Positions 24,471-35,366 of a stretch of 64,000 nt of DNA are shown piece after piece. Positions within the stretch are counted from its first letter, which is position 1, and each line of letters starts with the position of its first letter. The DNA is from an uncultured Bacilli bacterium (lineage in GTDB: Bacteria > Bacillota_I > Bacilli_A > RF39 > UBA660), in assembly GCA_934097085.1 (NCBI GenBank), contig CAKONK010000003.1:31398-95397 (forward strand), read 5' to 3'. Position numbers and translations under genes: made by a program. The notes below the pieces were generated by a model, which ran no database searches, was not told the origin of the DNA, and worked only from the letters and a program-made list of their open reading frames with translations.

Positions 24471-26024
24471 TTATTTTGCTTCTTCTTGTGCTCTTGTTTC
24501 TCTAATAACAGTAATTTTAATTGTACCAGGATATTGCATTTCTTTTTCAATTTTATCTTTCATATCTCTAGCAATTTTAAAACTTGTTAAATCATCAACT
24601 TCGTTAGGTTTAACCATAACTCTAACTTCTCTTCCTGCTTGCATTGCATAAGTTTTTTCAACACCTTCGAAAGAGTTTCCAATACTTTCTAATTGTTCAA
24701 GTCTCTTAATGTAATTTTCAACTGAATCATTTCTTGCACCAGGTCTTGCAGCACTTAAAGTGTCCGCTACAGCGACAAGATTTGCAATTACTGTTTTTGC
24801 TTCTTTAGCACCGTGATGTGAAATTATTGCATCAAGTACAGTTTCATTTTCATGATATTTTTTAGCAATATCATAACCAATTTCAACATGAGAACCCTCA
24901 ACTTCGAAATCTATTGCTTTTCCAATATCGTGTAAAAGCCCGGCTCTTTTTGCAAGTGAAATATTTTCACCAAGTTCTGATGCCATAAGGCCGCATAAAT
25001 TGGCAACCTCAATTGAGTGTTTTAAAGCATTTTGTCCATAACTTGTACGATAATTTAGTTTACCAATTAAATGTAAAAGTTCTGGATCCATCTTGGCAAG
25101 ACCAAGTTCATTCATTGTCTTATTACCAAGTTCAGTGATTTTACTATCAATATCTCTTACAGTTTTATCATATACTTCCTCGATTCTTGCGGGATGTATA
25201 CGACCATCTTTAATAAGGGTTTCAATAGTAATTTTAGCAATCTCTCTACGAAGTGGATCAAAAGATGATATAACAATTGCCTCCGGAGTATCATCAATTA
25301 TTAAATCAACTCCTGTAATTGATTCAATTGTACGAATGTTTCTTCCTTCACGGCCAATTAAACGACCTTTCATTTCATCATTAGGAAGTTCAATTGTACT
25401 AACTGTCTGAAGACCTACAACATCATCAGCATATCTTTCCATTGAACCAACAATTAATTGCTTTGCTTTTTCATTTGCCTCAAGTTGTGCTTTAGCAGTT
25501 TCTTCGGAAATATACTGTGCAATTTCCTTACTCATATCAGCCTCAACTCTAGACATAATTTGTTTTCTAGCATTATCTTTACTTAAGCCAGATATTTTTT
25601 CTAATTTTTCAATTTCCTCTTTTAAAAGAGTATCCATTTTATCCTCTTTTTCTTGGATAGTTTGATTTCTTAAATTTAGAGAGTTTTCTTTTGCATCTAA
25701 AGACGAATCTCTTTTCTGAAGCATTTCTTCTCTCTTATCAAGATTATTTTCTCTACTAATTAAACGATTTTCAGTTTCTTTAAGTTCTGCCTTTTTTTCT
25801 TTTATTTCAGCATCCGTTTGTTGTTTTAATTTAAAACTTTCTTCTTTAAGTTCCAAAAGAGCATCTCTTTTTTGTTTGTCTGCTTCTTTTTTAGCTTCAT
25901 CAATTAGTTTAATAGCTTTATTAGTGCGTTTTTTACTTATAATATAATTAATTACAAATACTATTGCACCACCAATTATTAATCCAATAACTAGAGTTAA
26001 AATGGAAGTTGTAGTTAATTCCAT
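24471..26024 (-). CDS. rny: ribonuclease Y
   Basis: N-terminal TM segment, coiled coil, KH domain (GREGRNIR), HD domain (LLHDIGK). Start is MELTTTS after a GTGAGGA RBS. Confidence 0.9.
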   Translation of the reverse strand: MELTTTSILTLVIGLIIGGAIVFVINYIISKKRTNKAIKLIDEAKKEADKQKRDALLELKEESFKLKQQTDAEIKEKKAELKETENRLISRENNLDKREEMLQKRDSSLDAKENSLNLRNQTIQEKEDKMDTLLKEEIEKLEKISGLSKDNARKQIMSRVEADMSKEIAQYISEETAKAQLEANEKAKQLIVGSMERYADDVVGLQTVSTIELPNDEMKGRLIGREGRNIRTIESITGVDLIIDDTPEAIVISSFDPLRREIAKITIETLIKDGRIHPARIEEVYDKTVRDIDSKITELGNKTMNELGLAKMDPELLHLIGKLNYRTSYGQNALKHSIEVANLCGLMASELGENISLAKRAGLLHDIGKAIDFEVEGSHVEIGYDIAKKYHENETVLDAIISHHGAKEAKTVIANLVAVADTLSAARPGARNDSVENYIKRLEQLESIGNSFEGVEKTYAMQAGREVRVMVKPNEVDDLTSFKIARDMKDKIEKEMQYPGTIKITVIRETRAQEEAK

Positions 26025-26134
26025 TTTAATCCTCACTTTCCTTTTATATAGAATTTTTTTAATTCCTACAATTTAATTATATATTTTTTTTCAAACTTAA
26101 TCAATAGAAAAATAATATAGGTTTACAAAATTAC

Positions 26135-26791
26135 CTATATTACATATAAAAATATTGAGAAAAAGAATAATATGCTCGCGACTAAAACAAAGAAATGAAA
26201 TATTGAATGCATATATTTTTTCTTTTTACCTATCCCATAAAATATCGCACCAATAGTATAAATAACTCCTGCACTGAGCATCAAATAAATACCCGCAATA
26301 TCAATGCTTTGTACTAGTGTTTTAAAAGTAAATATAATCATCCAGCCCATTACTAAATAAAGAAACATTGAAAACTTCTTATACTTATTTAAATTAATTG
26401 AATTTAAAGTTATACCAAGTATTGCACATCCCCATATAACTCCAAAAACTGTCCATCCTAAAGCCTTGGGAAGTGATACTAATGCATAAGGTGTATAAGT
26501 TCCCGCTATAAGCAAAAAAATTGAATCATGATCTAATATTCTAAAAACTCTTTTAGCATTATTAGGTTTAAAAGAATGATATAATGTAGACATTGTATAT
26601 AAAATGATAGAGCAACTTCCATAAATAACAGAACTTACTACTGCATAAACATTATGGTGAATTGCACTAAAAACTGTACATAAAACAAGAGCAGCAATTG
26701 AAAGAAGACCTCCAACACCATGACTTATCGCAGATAATAGTTCCTCACATAAATTATATTTTGGTATTTCAATCTTATCTTTTAATTTCAT
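26135..26791 (-). CDS. hemolysin III / PAQR family membrane protein
   Basis: 7-TM protein. RILDHDSIFLLIAGTYTP and HSIFHFFV motifs. Confidence 0.85.
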   Translation of the reverse strand: MKLKDKIEIPKYNLCEELLSAISHGVGGLLSIAALVLCTVFSAIHHNVYAVVSSVIYGSCSIILYTMSTLYHSFKPNNAKRVFRILDHDSIFLLIAGTYTPYALVSLPKALGWTVFGVIWGCAILGITLNSINLNKYKKFSMFLYLVMGWMIIFTFKTLVQSIDIAGIYLMLSAGVIYTIGAIFYGIGKKKKYMHSIFHFFVLVASILFFFSIFLYVI

Positions 26792-26830
26792 ATATAAATG
26801 ATATCATAAACACAACAATATTTAAAGAGC

Positions 26831-26856
26831 ACACATTTTAAAATATGTGTTATAAT
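26831..26856 (+). promoter_or_regulatory. extended -10 promoter overlapped by a 20-bp palindrome
   Basis: acacattttaaaatatgtgt (ACACAT-N8-ATGTGT) runs into TGtTATAAT. Confidence 0.45.
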
Positions 26857-26879
26857 AGTCTTCATAAAGGAGAAAGAAT

Positions 26880-27029
26880 ATGCAAGATAATTTTATGAAA
26901 TATATAGAATATTTATATGTAACAGGGCAACTTGATGAAATGGATAATGAACAGATTTCAGAAATTGCCAATGAACTTTTTAATGATGATGAGTCATTAG
27001 ATAATGATGATAATAGTTTAAAAAGATAA
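26880..27029 (+). CDS. 49-aa acidic small protein; not in ORF track (below the size cut-off)
   Basis: AAAGGAGAAAGAAT precedes the ATG. Product MQDNFMKYIEYLYVTGQLDEMDNEQISEIANELFNDDESLDNDDNSLKR. A terminator hairpin follows at 27030-27062. The antisense ORF 26822..27043 is low-complexity. Confidence 0.45.
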   Translation: MQDNFMKYIEYLYVTGQLDEMDNEQISEIANELFNDDESLDNDDNSLKR

Positions 27030-27043
27030 AAAAACAATGCCAC

Positions 27044-27847
27044 TTATGCATTGTTTTCATTTGATGTTAAATTAATATTTCCAACTCCACCTTCAATAGT
27101 TAAACTAACAAGTCCTTTACCATTTTCATAATTTGAATTTATTTCCTCGCCATTAACTTTAATATTACCTAATCCTTTATTAATTTTAACTTTATAATCA
27201 TTTAAACTATTAAATAAGTTAATATTAAATTCTCCTACACCAGTAGTAATTTTATTACTGCCTTTGAATAAAGCAGAAATATTTGTTTTACCAGCACCCA
27301 TAGTTAAATTTAAATTATAGATATTTCCATATTCAATATCAAGACTACCTGCTCCACCTAAAACTTTAGTTTCATCTAAAACAGTAAGTCTTTTAAAATC
27401 AATTTTACCTGCTCCTTGTTTTAAATTAAGTTTTTTAGTTACAAGGTTTTCAGCTTCAATTTTACCAGCACCTGTAGTAAATTCTATTTCACTAAATTCT
27501 TTATCTCTAGGAAGGTAAATAATTAAATTACTATCTTTTGTTTCAAAAGAAACATTAATTTTTTCTTCTTTAATTTTAATTACACCATTTTTATTTTCTA
27601 ATTTTACATTTTTATTATTTGTTTCTATTTTAAAGTTTTCATCATCCTTAATAATTAAATTTGTATAAGATAATGTTACACTTAACTTAGAAATATTATC
27701 ATTTCCATCATAAATAACTTTATTTTCCTTTAAAAGAGCACCAGTACTAAAAAACTTTTTAAATACATTATATTTACCCGTATAAAGTCCATATATAACA
27801 AATATTATTAATGCAAGAATAATTAATCTAAATAATCTTTTTATCAT
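27044..27847 (-). CDS. DUF4097/LiaG-like putative adhesin-fold protein, membrane anchored
   Basis: Repeated GAGKI/GGAGSLDI/GAGKTNI beta-helix-like units after an N-terminal TM segment. Confidence 0.6.
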   Translation of the reverse strand: MIKRLFRLIILALIIFVIYGLYTGKYNVFKKFFSTGALLKENKVIYDGNDNISKLSVTLSYTNLIIKDDENFKIETNNKNVKLENKNGVIKIKEEKINVSFETKDSNLIIYLPRDKEFSEIEFTTGAGKIEAENLVTKKLNLKQGAGKIDFKRLTVLDETKVLGGAGSLDIEYGNIYNLNLTMGAGKTNISALFKGSNKITTGVGEFNINLFNSLNDYKVKINKGLGNIKVNGEEINSNYENGKGLVSLTIEGGVGNINLTSNENNA

Positions 27848-28524
27848 TTAACATCTACTCCACCAAAGATGCATACAGAATTTAAATATATAGTAATTTC
27901 TTTGTTACTAGATTGTTTTTTTCTTTTTACTTCAACACCACCGAAAAATGGAGTCGAAGATACTTTAACTTTTACATCATCAGGAACATATATATCTATT
28001 CCTCCAAAAACTGATAAAGTATTTATAACAATATCTTTTTCAATTTTGGCATCTCTTAAATCAAGTTTTATTCCTCCGAAAAGTGATTTTAAATCTAAAT
28101 TCTCTACTTTTTCATCCTCGAATTTTAAATCTTGAGAACCAAATACTGCAATATAATTATTGCTTTCTTTATTATTTGCATTTATCTTTTTAATTTCTTT
28201 TCCATTAATACTTAATACATCCTTGAATACTAATAAAAGTCCAATTGAAATTAATACAACTGGTAATAATAATTTAACTAAAAGTTCATACTCAATTAAA
28301 TCTCTTTCCGCTAAAAAAAGCCATACACCAATAATTAAAAATATTAAACTCGAAGTTTTTTCTTTATCATTTATAAGACCAACTAAAGAAGGAATTATTA
28401 TAAATAAAGTCCACCAACCAGAGAAAAATAAATTAATATTAGTAATTCCAAAAGCATTTAAGCCAAGAATTAAGCCAATAAAAATTAATAAAAATCCAAT
28501 AATATATTTTGTATAATCTTTCAT
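27844..28524 (-). CDS. LiaF-like cell-wall-stress membrane protein
   Basis: Four N-terminal TM segments. C-terminal FGGIKLDL...VFGGIDIYVPDDVKV...FFGGVEV repeats. ATGA overlap with the downstream gene. Confidence 0.6.
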   Translation of the reverse strand: MKDYTKYIIGFLLIFIGLILGLNAFGITNINLFFSGWWTLFIIIPSLVGLINDKEKTSSLIFLIIGVWLFLAERDLIEYELLVKLLLPVVLISIGLLLVFKDVLSINGKEIKKINANNKESNNYIAVFGSQDLKFEDEKVENLDLKSLFGGIKLDLRDAKIEKDIVINTLSVFGGIDIYVPDDVKVKVSSTPFFGGVEVKRKKQSSNKEITIYLNSVCIFGGVDVK

Positions 28525-28637
28525 ATCTAACCTACTTTCTATAAAAATTATAACACTTAATAAAGTCTATGTAAAACTATTTTAAATAATAATGTCTAAT
28601 TGTATTTAAGTTTTCAACATTATTTTCCATCTACATT

Positions 28638-29516
28638 TTAAAGACTCTTTATAAAATCATAGATATATGGATATATAATTTTATATCCTTCATAATTCAA
28701 ATGAAGATTATCTGGTAAATATGTTTTTGTATTAACTTTTAAAATATTTGAATATTCTTCATCAAATAAATCTAAATACTTTATATTCCATTTATCAAGA
28801 ATTTCCTTTGTCATTATAACATATTTATTATAATCATCATAACTCCATTTTAAGCCTCTTTCTGTATAATTTGGAGTATAATAAGTTATAATATATCCAA
28901 TTTTTGCATCTTTAAAATATTTTTTGGCATTATATATATAGGATTCAAGTCCTCCGGCAAAAGTATTTACATCAAAATCATTTTCACGCTTACTATTTGT
29001 TATTTCTCCTAAAGGTGTGTTATATAAAACATCATTAATACCACCTTGCATAATTACATAATCATATCTTTCATTTGCATGAGAAATAATTGTATCTGTA
29101 AGCCACTTATTTTTATCATCATAGGTTGATACTCTATAATCACTTATTCCAGCATTTATAACGGTGTTAAAATCATAATTATCCTTTATAAATTCTGCCC
29201 AAGAATAACCTTTAGTTAGAAAACCATAAGATATAGAATCACCAAAAAATATAATATTTTTATTCTTAGTAACCGAAGTATAAATAATTTTATAAGAAAC
29301 TTCTTTATTATCGAGGTTGCAATTTACAGTATCATTATTTTTTTGACAAACTACTTTTTCATTATTCGAAGATACAATGTTATCTAAATAATTATAATTT
29401 TCATTTTCTAATATATGTACTTCTTTAGATTTAACATTTATAAAAGTTTCTTTTTCTTTTACATTATTACAACCACATATAACTACACATAACATTATTA
29501 AAATAAATTTTTTCAT
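28638..29516 (-). CDS. SGNH/GDSL hydrolase lipoprotein
   Basis: Lipobox LCVVICGC. SGNH blocks FFGDSISYG, GGINDV and DNLHLN. Confidence 0.75.
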   Translation of the reverse strand: MKKFILIMLCVVICGCNNVKEKETFINVKSKEVHILENENYNYLDNIVSSNNEKVVCQKNNDTVNCNLDNKEVSYKIIYTSVTKNKNIIFFGDSISYGFLTKGYSWAEFIKDNYDFNTVINAGISDYRVSTYDDKNKWLTDTIISHANERYDYVIMQGGINDVLYNTPLGEITNSKRENDFDVNTFAGGLESYIYNAKKYFKDAKIGYIITYYTPNYTERGLKWSYDDYNKYVIMTKEILDKWNIKYLDLFDEEYSNILKVNTKTYLPDNLHLNYEGYKIIYPYIYDFIKSL

Positions 29517-29523
29517 AAATTAC

Positions 29524-30582
29524 CTACCTTAACTTTAATATTGACATATCATCATATAAATTGTTTAAATTATATAATATTAATACACTATCAATATTTT
29601 TACTCTTTACAAAATCACTTACACTTTTATTATAATACCTTAAATCAATTACATAAATATTTTTATAATGTGATGTTAAAAAAGGAATAAATGAATTTGC
29701 ATAACTATTTTTTATAACAAGAATTGAGTTTTCATTTTCTAAATTTTCGATTTCTATTAAAGCATGATTATTATCCAAAAATATTGAATACTTATCTTTT
29801 TTATCTAAATAATCATAATTATATAAACTATTAGTTATTTTATTTTCATTAACATAATTTATAGTCAAATTCTCATTTTTTAAAAATAAATATATATCAT
29901 CGCTTTTATCATAACTTAGCACTTTTGTTTGACTTGTTCCTTTAAAAGAGTTACTTACTTTAACAATATTATAATATCTTTTGTCATTTGGAATAATGTT
30001 TTTACTTTCCATATATTTTTTATATGCATAATATGCCCCAAAACTAGTCCAGTGATGATCTGTTTTATAATACATATTTGTTTTTTTATTATGATTTTTT
30101 AAAGTATCTATTACATTTATGTTATTTGAATATTTTAAACTACTATATAAATAATTTATATCATTTTCTTCATTTGTGTTAATACTTCTTTTTAGTTTAT
30201 CACTATTAATATAAATAGAATCAGGTACTATCATAACATCTGTTTGAATATTTTTAGCAAAATCATTTATTGTTTCTATTATTAAACTACTTTTTTTTGT
30301 TTCAACTTTTTCTGGCAATAAATAATCATCATTTGCAACATAAACTCCATTTACAAGGGTTTTACCACATAATAATTCAATTTTATTTTTTAGTTTTAAA
30401 AGTTCATTTCTAAACGGTGCAATATCAAGTAAATAACTTTCTACATTGTTTAAACTAAATTTTGTTAAATATCTATTTTCAAATTCTGAATAGCTTTCCT
30501 TTTTCTTAAATATAAACATAACTGAATAAGTAAAAATTATAATACTTATTATTAAAAATATAATTTTATTTCTTTTTTTCAT
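29524..30582 (-). CDS. DHHW-motif (AlgX/AlgJ/DltD-like) extracytoplasmic acyltransferase partner
   Basis: N-terminal TM segment. YYKTDHHWTSFGAYYAY. Confidence 0.7.
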   Translation of the reverse strand: MKKRNKIIFLIISIIIFTYSVMFIFKKKESYSEFENRYLTKFSLNNVESYLLDIAPFRNELLKLKNKIELLCGKTLVNGVYVANDDYLLPEKVETKKSSLIIETINDFAKNIQTDVMIVPDSIYINSDKLKRSINTNEENDINYLYSSLKYSNNINVIDTLKNHNKKTNMYYKTDHHWTSFGAYYAYKKYMESKNIIPNDKRYYNIVKVSNSFKGTSQTKVLSYDKSDDIYLFLKNENLTINYVNENKITNSLYNYDYLDKKDKYSIFLDNNHALIEIENLENENSILVIKNSYANSFIPFLTSHYKNIYVIDLRYYNKSVSDFVKSKNIDSVLILYNLNNLYDDMSILKLR

Positions 30583-30592
30583 AAACTACCCC

Positions 30593-31906
30593 TTAAAAAC
30601 TATTATATAAAAATGGTTTAAATGAACCAGATATAATAAATGAAACTGTAATTATAAATAAGCAAACATAAATAAGTATTATTACTATATTTAAAAATTT
30701 GTTATTAGAAATTTTATTTTTTATACTTTCTGGAAGTTTTAAAATCATAAGTAAACTTAATATGATTAAAAATAAATTATCCCTTAAATAAAAGATTACT
30801 TCATTATTATAAAATTTACCATTAAACATATTTAATATAAATAAACTTATATCATTTAAACTATTTTGAGTAAATAATATATAACCAAATAATACAATAA
30901 TTATTACATACAAATGCTTAAATATTTTAGGAAGCTTTTCTAAAAAATTATTTAAAACAAACTTTTCTAAAACTATTATTATTCCATAATATAATCCCCA
31001 TAATAAAAAATTAATTGTATTTCCGTGCCATATACCAGTTAAAAGCCATACTATCATAAGATTTCTTATTGTTATGAGTTTATTTTTCTTACTTCCTCCT
31101 AAAGGGAAATAAACATACTCTTTAAAAAAATTTGAAAGTGATATATGCCATTTACGCCAAAAGGAAGATATACTATTTGCTAAATATGGATTATCAAAAT
31201 TTTCCTCTAAATAAATACCACACATTTTACCAAGTCCTAGTGCCATATTTGTATAACCTAAAAAATCAAAATATAAATATAAAGCATAAATAATTAAAAC
31301 AAACAAACACGATATAAATGTTTTATCAGTTATACTATTAAAAGTGTTATATAAAATACTTAAATTATTTGCAAGTAATACTTTTTGAAATAAACCTGTT
31401 AAAAATATATAAAAACCTTTTGCTATATTTTCAAAAGAGATATCTAAATCTCTTAAATTTTTTGTTACTTCATTAAACCTTGTAATTGGGCCCATTAAAA
31501 CATTGCAAAATAATGTAATATAACATAAATAATCTAAAAAACTTCCATTTGTAATTTTATTATGTTTTCTATCAAGTATGAAACTTATATTATTAAAAGT
31601 ATAAAAGCTTATCCCTAAAGGAAATATAAAATAGTTTGTATATTTAAAAAAACTTAAAAATAATATATTTATTATTACCAAAACATTATATGATCTTTGA
31701 TATTTTTTTCCTAACAACTTAATATAAAAATAATTAAATAAAATGGTAAAAATTAATAAACAAAAATTAAATATTCCACTGTAAAGATAAAATATTAAAT
31801 TAAATATTATAAGAATAATATATCTTTTTGACTTTGGAAACAAAATAAATAACAGATAAAAAATTGGTAAAAAAAAGAAAATAAATAATAAACTACTAAA
31901 ATTCAT
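30593..31906 (-). CDS. MBOAT-family membrane O-acyltransferase (AlgI/PatA/DltB-like)
   Basis: Polytopic protein. FWRKWHISLSNFFKEYVYFPLGG and TGIWHG (conserved His). Confidence 0.85.
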   Translation of the reverse strand: MNFSSLLFIFFFLPIFYLLFILFPKSKRYIILIIFNLIFYLYSGIFNFCLLIFTILFNYFYIKLLGKKYQRSYNVLVIINILFLSFFKYTNYFIFPLGISFYTFNNISFILDRKHNKITNGSFLDYLCYITLFCNVLMGPITRFNEVTKNLRDLDISFENIAKGFYIFLTGLFQKVLLANNLSILYNTFNSITDKTFISCLFVLIIYALYLYFDFLGYTNMALGLGKMCGIYLEENFDNPYLANSISSFWRKWHISLSNFFKEYVYFPLGGSKKNKLITIRNLMIVWLLTGIWHGNTINFLLWGLYYGIIIVLEKFVLNNFLEKLPKIFKHLYVIIIVLFGYILFTQNSLNDISLFILNMFNGKFYNNEVIFYLRDNLFLIILSLLMILKLPESIKNKISNNKFLNIVIILIYVCLFIITVSFIISGSFKPFLYNSF

Positions 31907-32352
31907 TAATTTATATATTCCTTTACTACATTATACATTTCTTGATTATTTTCAGATACTATATATATTAAATAATCACCAACTGATGTTGCAAGTTTAT
32001 TTTTAATTAAATTAACAGCCTCTGGTGAATATAAACTACTTTGATTTTCTAATATAGAAAACATTTCATCCATATTATTTTTAACTTTTTCTTTATTTTC
32101 AGATTTTACTTTAATTAAAGCATAAAAATTACCATCTTGATTTTCACTTGCCTTAATAATATATTCTTCCATTAAAGTTGTATCTTGATTATAAATACCC
32201 TCAAGTTCTTTATCACTCATAAGAGCCATATTTTGATATTTTTCATCAAGGGAGGTTGATGCTCCTTTCATATCAAGTGTTGATGCACTTTTGTTACAGC
32301 CAGCTAAAATAATTGCAAGCCCTATAACCATTATAATTTTTTTTAATTTCAT
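31906..32352 (-). CDS. small lipoprotein, possibly DUF4358-like
   Basis: Lipobox LAGC. The family assignment rests only on its position in an MBOAT operon, so it is weak. Confidence 0.5.
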   Translation of the reverse strand: MKLKKIIMVIGLAIILAGCNKSASTLDMKGASTSLDEKYQNMALMSDKELEGIYNQDTTLMEEYIIKASENQDGNFYALIKVKSENKEKVKNNMDEMFSILENQSSLYSPEAVNLIKNKLATSVGDYLIYIVSENNQEMYNVVKEYIN

Positions 32353-32353
32353 A

Positions 32354-33583
32354 TTAATTTACCACCTTTCCTAAATCTAAATGTTTTATGTAGTCTATAT
32401 ATTTATTTCTTCCTTCTTCATTTAAATGAAAATTGCAATTAAGTTCATCAGTACATTCAAATAAACTTACATCAGCATATCCTTCATTATCCTTTATTTC
32501 ATTTGTAAAATCAATAAAATTTATATTATTTTCATAACAAAATCTTGCTAAATAATAATTTAAAATATTAATATTTTTTTGATTTGCTTTATTTAGTGTA
32601 CCATCATTTATTGGAAATATTGCTGAAAATATAATTTTTGTATCTTTATAATTTAACTTAATATTATCATAAAATTTTTGAAGTTCCCTTACAAATACAT
32701 CTTTTTGCATATAAAGTCCAGCATTAATTCCAGGACATACAATTAAATATTTTGGTTTATATTTTGTAAGAGCATCATTTAAAACTGTATTTTGTCTATT
32801 TTCATAAGTTTCAAAAGTCGAAGAATTCATTTGAGCAATGTTTAAATTATTTCTTGCCCAAGTTTGGTAAGCTGAAATATGTTTTCCTTTTAGATACAAA
32901 AATGATGTATTGGAGTCTCCTAAAAAGATAGTATCATTAAAATAATTATATTCATTTTCTTCATAAGTTAAAGTCGTTTTAGTAAATAGTCCTTTTAAAG
33001 TAAAATCTTTTATCGAACTTGTTAATGCACTATCATCAAGAACTTCAACAGTTCTTACAACTTTTGCTTTATTTTTAGAACTATCTATGGCCTCATACAC
33101 AACTTCATACTTGCCTGCTTTGGTTTCATCAATATTATTTGTTACTTTAATTTTACTATTAATATCTTTATCATAGTTATCAGTTATTTCATAACCAGGT
33201 TCTTCATATTTACTATCTTTATTAAGGTATATTATATTATCACCATTTAATGTTATTACAGGTTTTTCATTATCAACTACATGAATATTTCTAATAACAC
33301 TTTTTTTAAAATTTAATAAGTTTGCTGTATAGATAACTTTATAATCTCCTAAAGAGGTATTATCAATATTATTTTTTACATCAACTTTTAACTTTTTACC
33401 AAAAAATGTTGCTTTATAGCCATTTTCAAAATAAGAACTATTTACATTTAAATAAATGTCTTTATCTCCGATTAAAATAATATTAAAGAGAAAATTTATA
33501 CTAAAAAAAGTAACTAAAAATATAGCTATAATTATAAATAAAAATTCATATTTGGTTTTTAATTTTAACTTCTTTTTCTTCAT
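32354..33583 (-). CDS. membrane-anchored Ig-like (DUF5011-type) plus SGNH-like hydrolase protein
   Basis: Start MKKKKLKL plus a TM segment. KPVITLNGDNIIYL...YEEPGYEITDNYD...GKYEVVYEAIDSSKN. C-terminal half has FLGDSNTSF. Confidence 0.6.
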   Translation of the reverse strand: MKKKKLKLKTKYEFLFIIIAIFLVTFFSINFLFNIILIGDKDIYLNVNSSYFENGYKATFFGKKLKVDVKNNIDNTSLGDYKVIYTANLLNFKKSVIRNIHVVDNEKPVITLNGDNIIYLNKDSKYEEPGYEITDNYDKDINSKIKVTNNIDETKAGKYEVVYEAIDSSKNKAKVVRTVEVLDDSALTSSIKDFTLKGLFTKTTLTYEENEYNYFNDTIFLGDSNTSFLYLKGKHISAYQTWARNNLNIAQMNSSTFETYENRQNTVLNDALTKYKPKYLIVCPGINAGLYMQKDVFVRELQKFYDNIKLNYKDTKIIFSAIFPINDGTLNKANQKNINILNYYLARFCYENNINFIDFTNEIKDNEGYADVSLFECTDELNCNFHLNEEGRNKYIDYIKHLDLGKVVN

Positions 33584-33626
33584 AACTACCCTATAAAATA
33601 ATACCATTTAATTTAATTAATTTCAA

Positions 33627-34481
33627 TTATTTTGAGTTTAAATATTCATTTAATTTATCTTTTAAATTATTATAATCTTTTATTCCAATACTATATATTC
33701 TATCTATTTCTTTTTTATTTACTTTATTAAGACTTATATCAATATTTTCTGAAGGATATATAGCAAATATTTTATTTTCACTACTTAATTTATCAATTAT
33801 TTCTAATGATTCATTATATTGTTTATATCTATTAAGCATTGCTTTAATAAATTTAGGATATTTTTTATACTTAGTTTTTATCCCTATAATTTCACCTTTA
33901 TTAAATGGTTTTTTAATAAAGCCTTTTTCTCTTGTTAAAACAACAATAATTCTATCATATTCTAAAGATAAAGCTTTTTTAATTGGGATGCTATCACATA
34001 TTGCTCCATCTAAATAAAAATTATTATTAATTTCTACAATATTTGTTAAAAATGGCATTGCACTACTTGCTCTTAATACTTCAATTTGATTATAAACATT
34101 ATTTACTTCAATATATTCAGGAAGACCGGTTTCAACATTTGATACTGTTGCTAAAAGAAGTTTATAATTTTTTTCATATTCTTTTTCATCAAATACTTCA
34201 ATATTTTTAGTAACATTATAATAAGCAAAATCTTTATTAACAAAATTACCTGTTTCAATTAATGATTTTTTACCCATATATCTTGAATCTTTACAATATT
34301 TTTTATTAATATTTAAACATCTTCCTATTTGCCTAGAATAATAATTCGGAGCTATTAAAGCACCTGCAGAAACACCAATTATTGCATCTATATTAATATT
34401 ATCTTCGATAAATTTATCTATTATTGCGGCAGTATATGTACCCCTAAAAGCACCACCCTCTAAAAGTAAAAGTGTTTTCAT
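33627..34481 (-). CDS. patatin-like phospholipase
   Basis: GGAFRG oxyanion motif. GVSAG (GxSxG). DGA (YLDGAICDS). Confidence 0.85.
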   Translation of the reverse strand: MKTLLLLEGGAFRGTYTAAIIDKFIEDNINIDAIIGVSAGALIAPNYYSRQIGRCLNINKKYCKDSRYMGKKSLIETGNFVNKDFAYYNVTKNIEVFDEKEYEKNYKLLLATVSNVETGLPEYIEVNNVYNQIEVLRASSAMPFLTNIVEINNNFYLDGAICDSIPIKKALSLEYDRIIVVLTREKGFIKKPFNKGEIIGIKTKYKKYPKFIKAMLNRYKQYNESLEIIDKLSSENKIFAIYPSENIDISLNKVNKKEIDRIYSIGIKDYNNLKDKLNEYLNSK

Positions 34482-34508
34482 GTATCCTCCTTTTCAAAAT
34501 AATTATAT

Positions 34509-35366
34509 CTATTTTTTTATTAAAAGTACATACTGTGTATCATCACTTGCAACTATTTTACAGTTTGGATTTAATGTATTATAATCATTAAAAAAATCTT
34601 TATTTATATCAGTATATGTTAGATGTTCATAAATTAATAAGCCATTTTTCGAAGCAATTTTTTGAATATATTTATAAGAATATTTACTTTGCATTTCTTC
34701 GCCTGCATCTAATGCCAATATTTTATTTTTGCTTTCATACCTTTCATTTGGATAATCTATTACTAGGCTACTTCCACTGCACATAATGTTTGATATTTTA
34801 TTTATAACACTAGCAAATTCTTTTTTGCTTAAATAATAACTAATTCCTAAAAGTGTTATATGACTTTTTAATTTTGGATTAAATCCACTACTTAATAAAT
34901 CATTCTCAAAATCTTTTCTTAAATCACTTTTAACATAATTAATATTTTTTATATCAATATTATTTTTCTTAAGTAAATTTTCTTTATCTACTAAAACGCT
35001 TTCTTTATCAAGTTCAAATATTTTTAACATATTATTGTATTTTAAAGAAGATAAATCATAACCGCTTGCAAGTAGAACATACTGTTTAAGTCCTAATCTA
35101 ATTTCACTATTTAAGCATCTTTCATTAAATGCACTTCTTGCAAGTATAGTTGGAGCAAGATACCTATTAACAATATGTTTAACAGGATCATTACCTTGAT
35201 ACTTGTTATCGAAGAAATTAATACCCATTTTTAAATTATTATAGATAGTATCATAATCCTTTCCTAATACTGTTTTTGCATTTTTTTCAAAATAGATTTT
35301 AATATTACTATTTTCACTATGATATGCTTTTACAAATAAGCACATTTTTGCAGTTAAATTTTCCAT
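34509..35366 (-). CDS. SAM-dependent O-methyltransferase, LCMT-like family
   Basis: Start MENLTAKM after AGAGGTGA. AYHSE...ARSAFNE...YVLLASGYDLSS pattern. Moderate confidence in the family. Confidence 0.55.
   Translation of the reverse strand: MENLTAKMCLFVKAYHSENSNIKIYFEKNAKTVLGKDYDTIYNNLKMGINFFDNKYQGNDPVKHIVNRYLAPTILARSAFNERCLNSEIRLGLKQYVLLASGYDLSSLKYNNMLKIFELDKESVLVDKENLLKKNNIDIKNINYVKSDLRKDFENDLLSSGFNPKLKSHITLLGISYYLSKKEFASVINKISNIMCSGSSLVIDYPNERYESKNKILALDAGEEMQSKYSYKYIQKIASKNGLLIYEHLTYTDINKDFFNDYNTLNPNCKIVASDDTQYVLLIKK

Noticed and set aside
26822-27043. 73-aa - strand ORF (S/L-rich)
   Set aside because: It is low-complexity, lacks an RBS, and lies antisense to a better-supported 49-codon + strand ORF that has a strong RBS, a promoter and a terminator.
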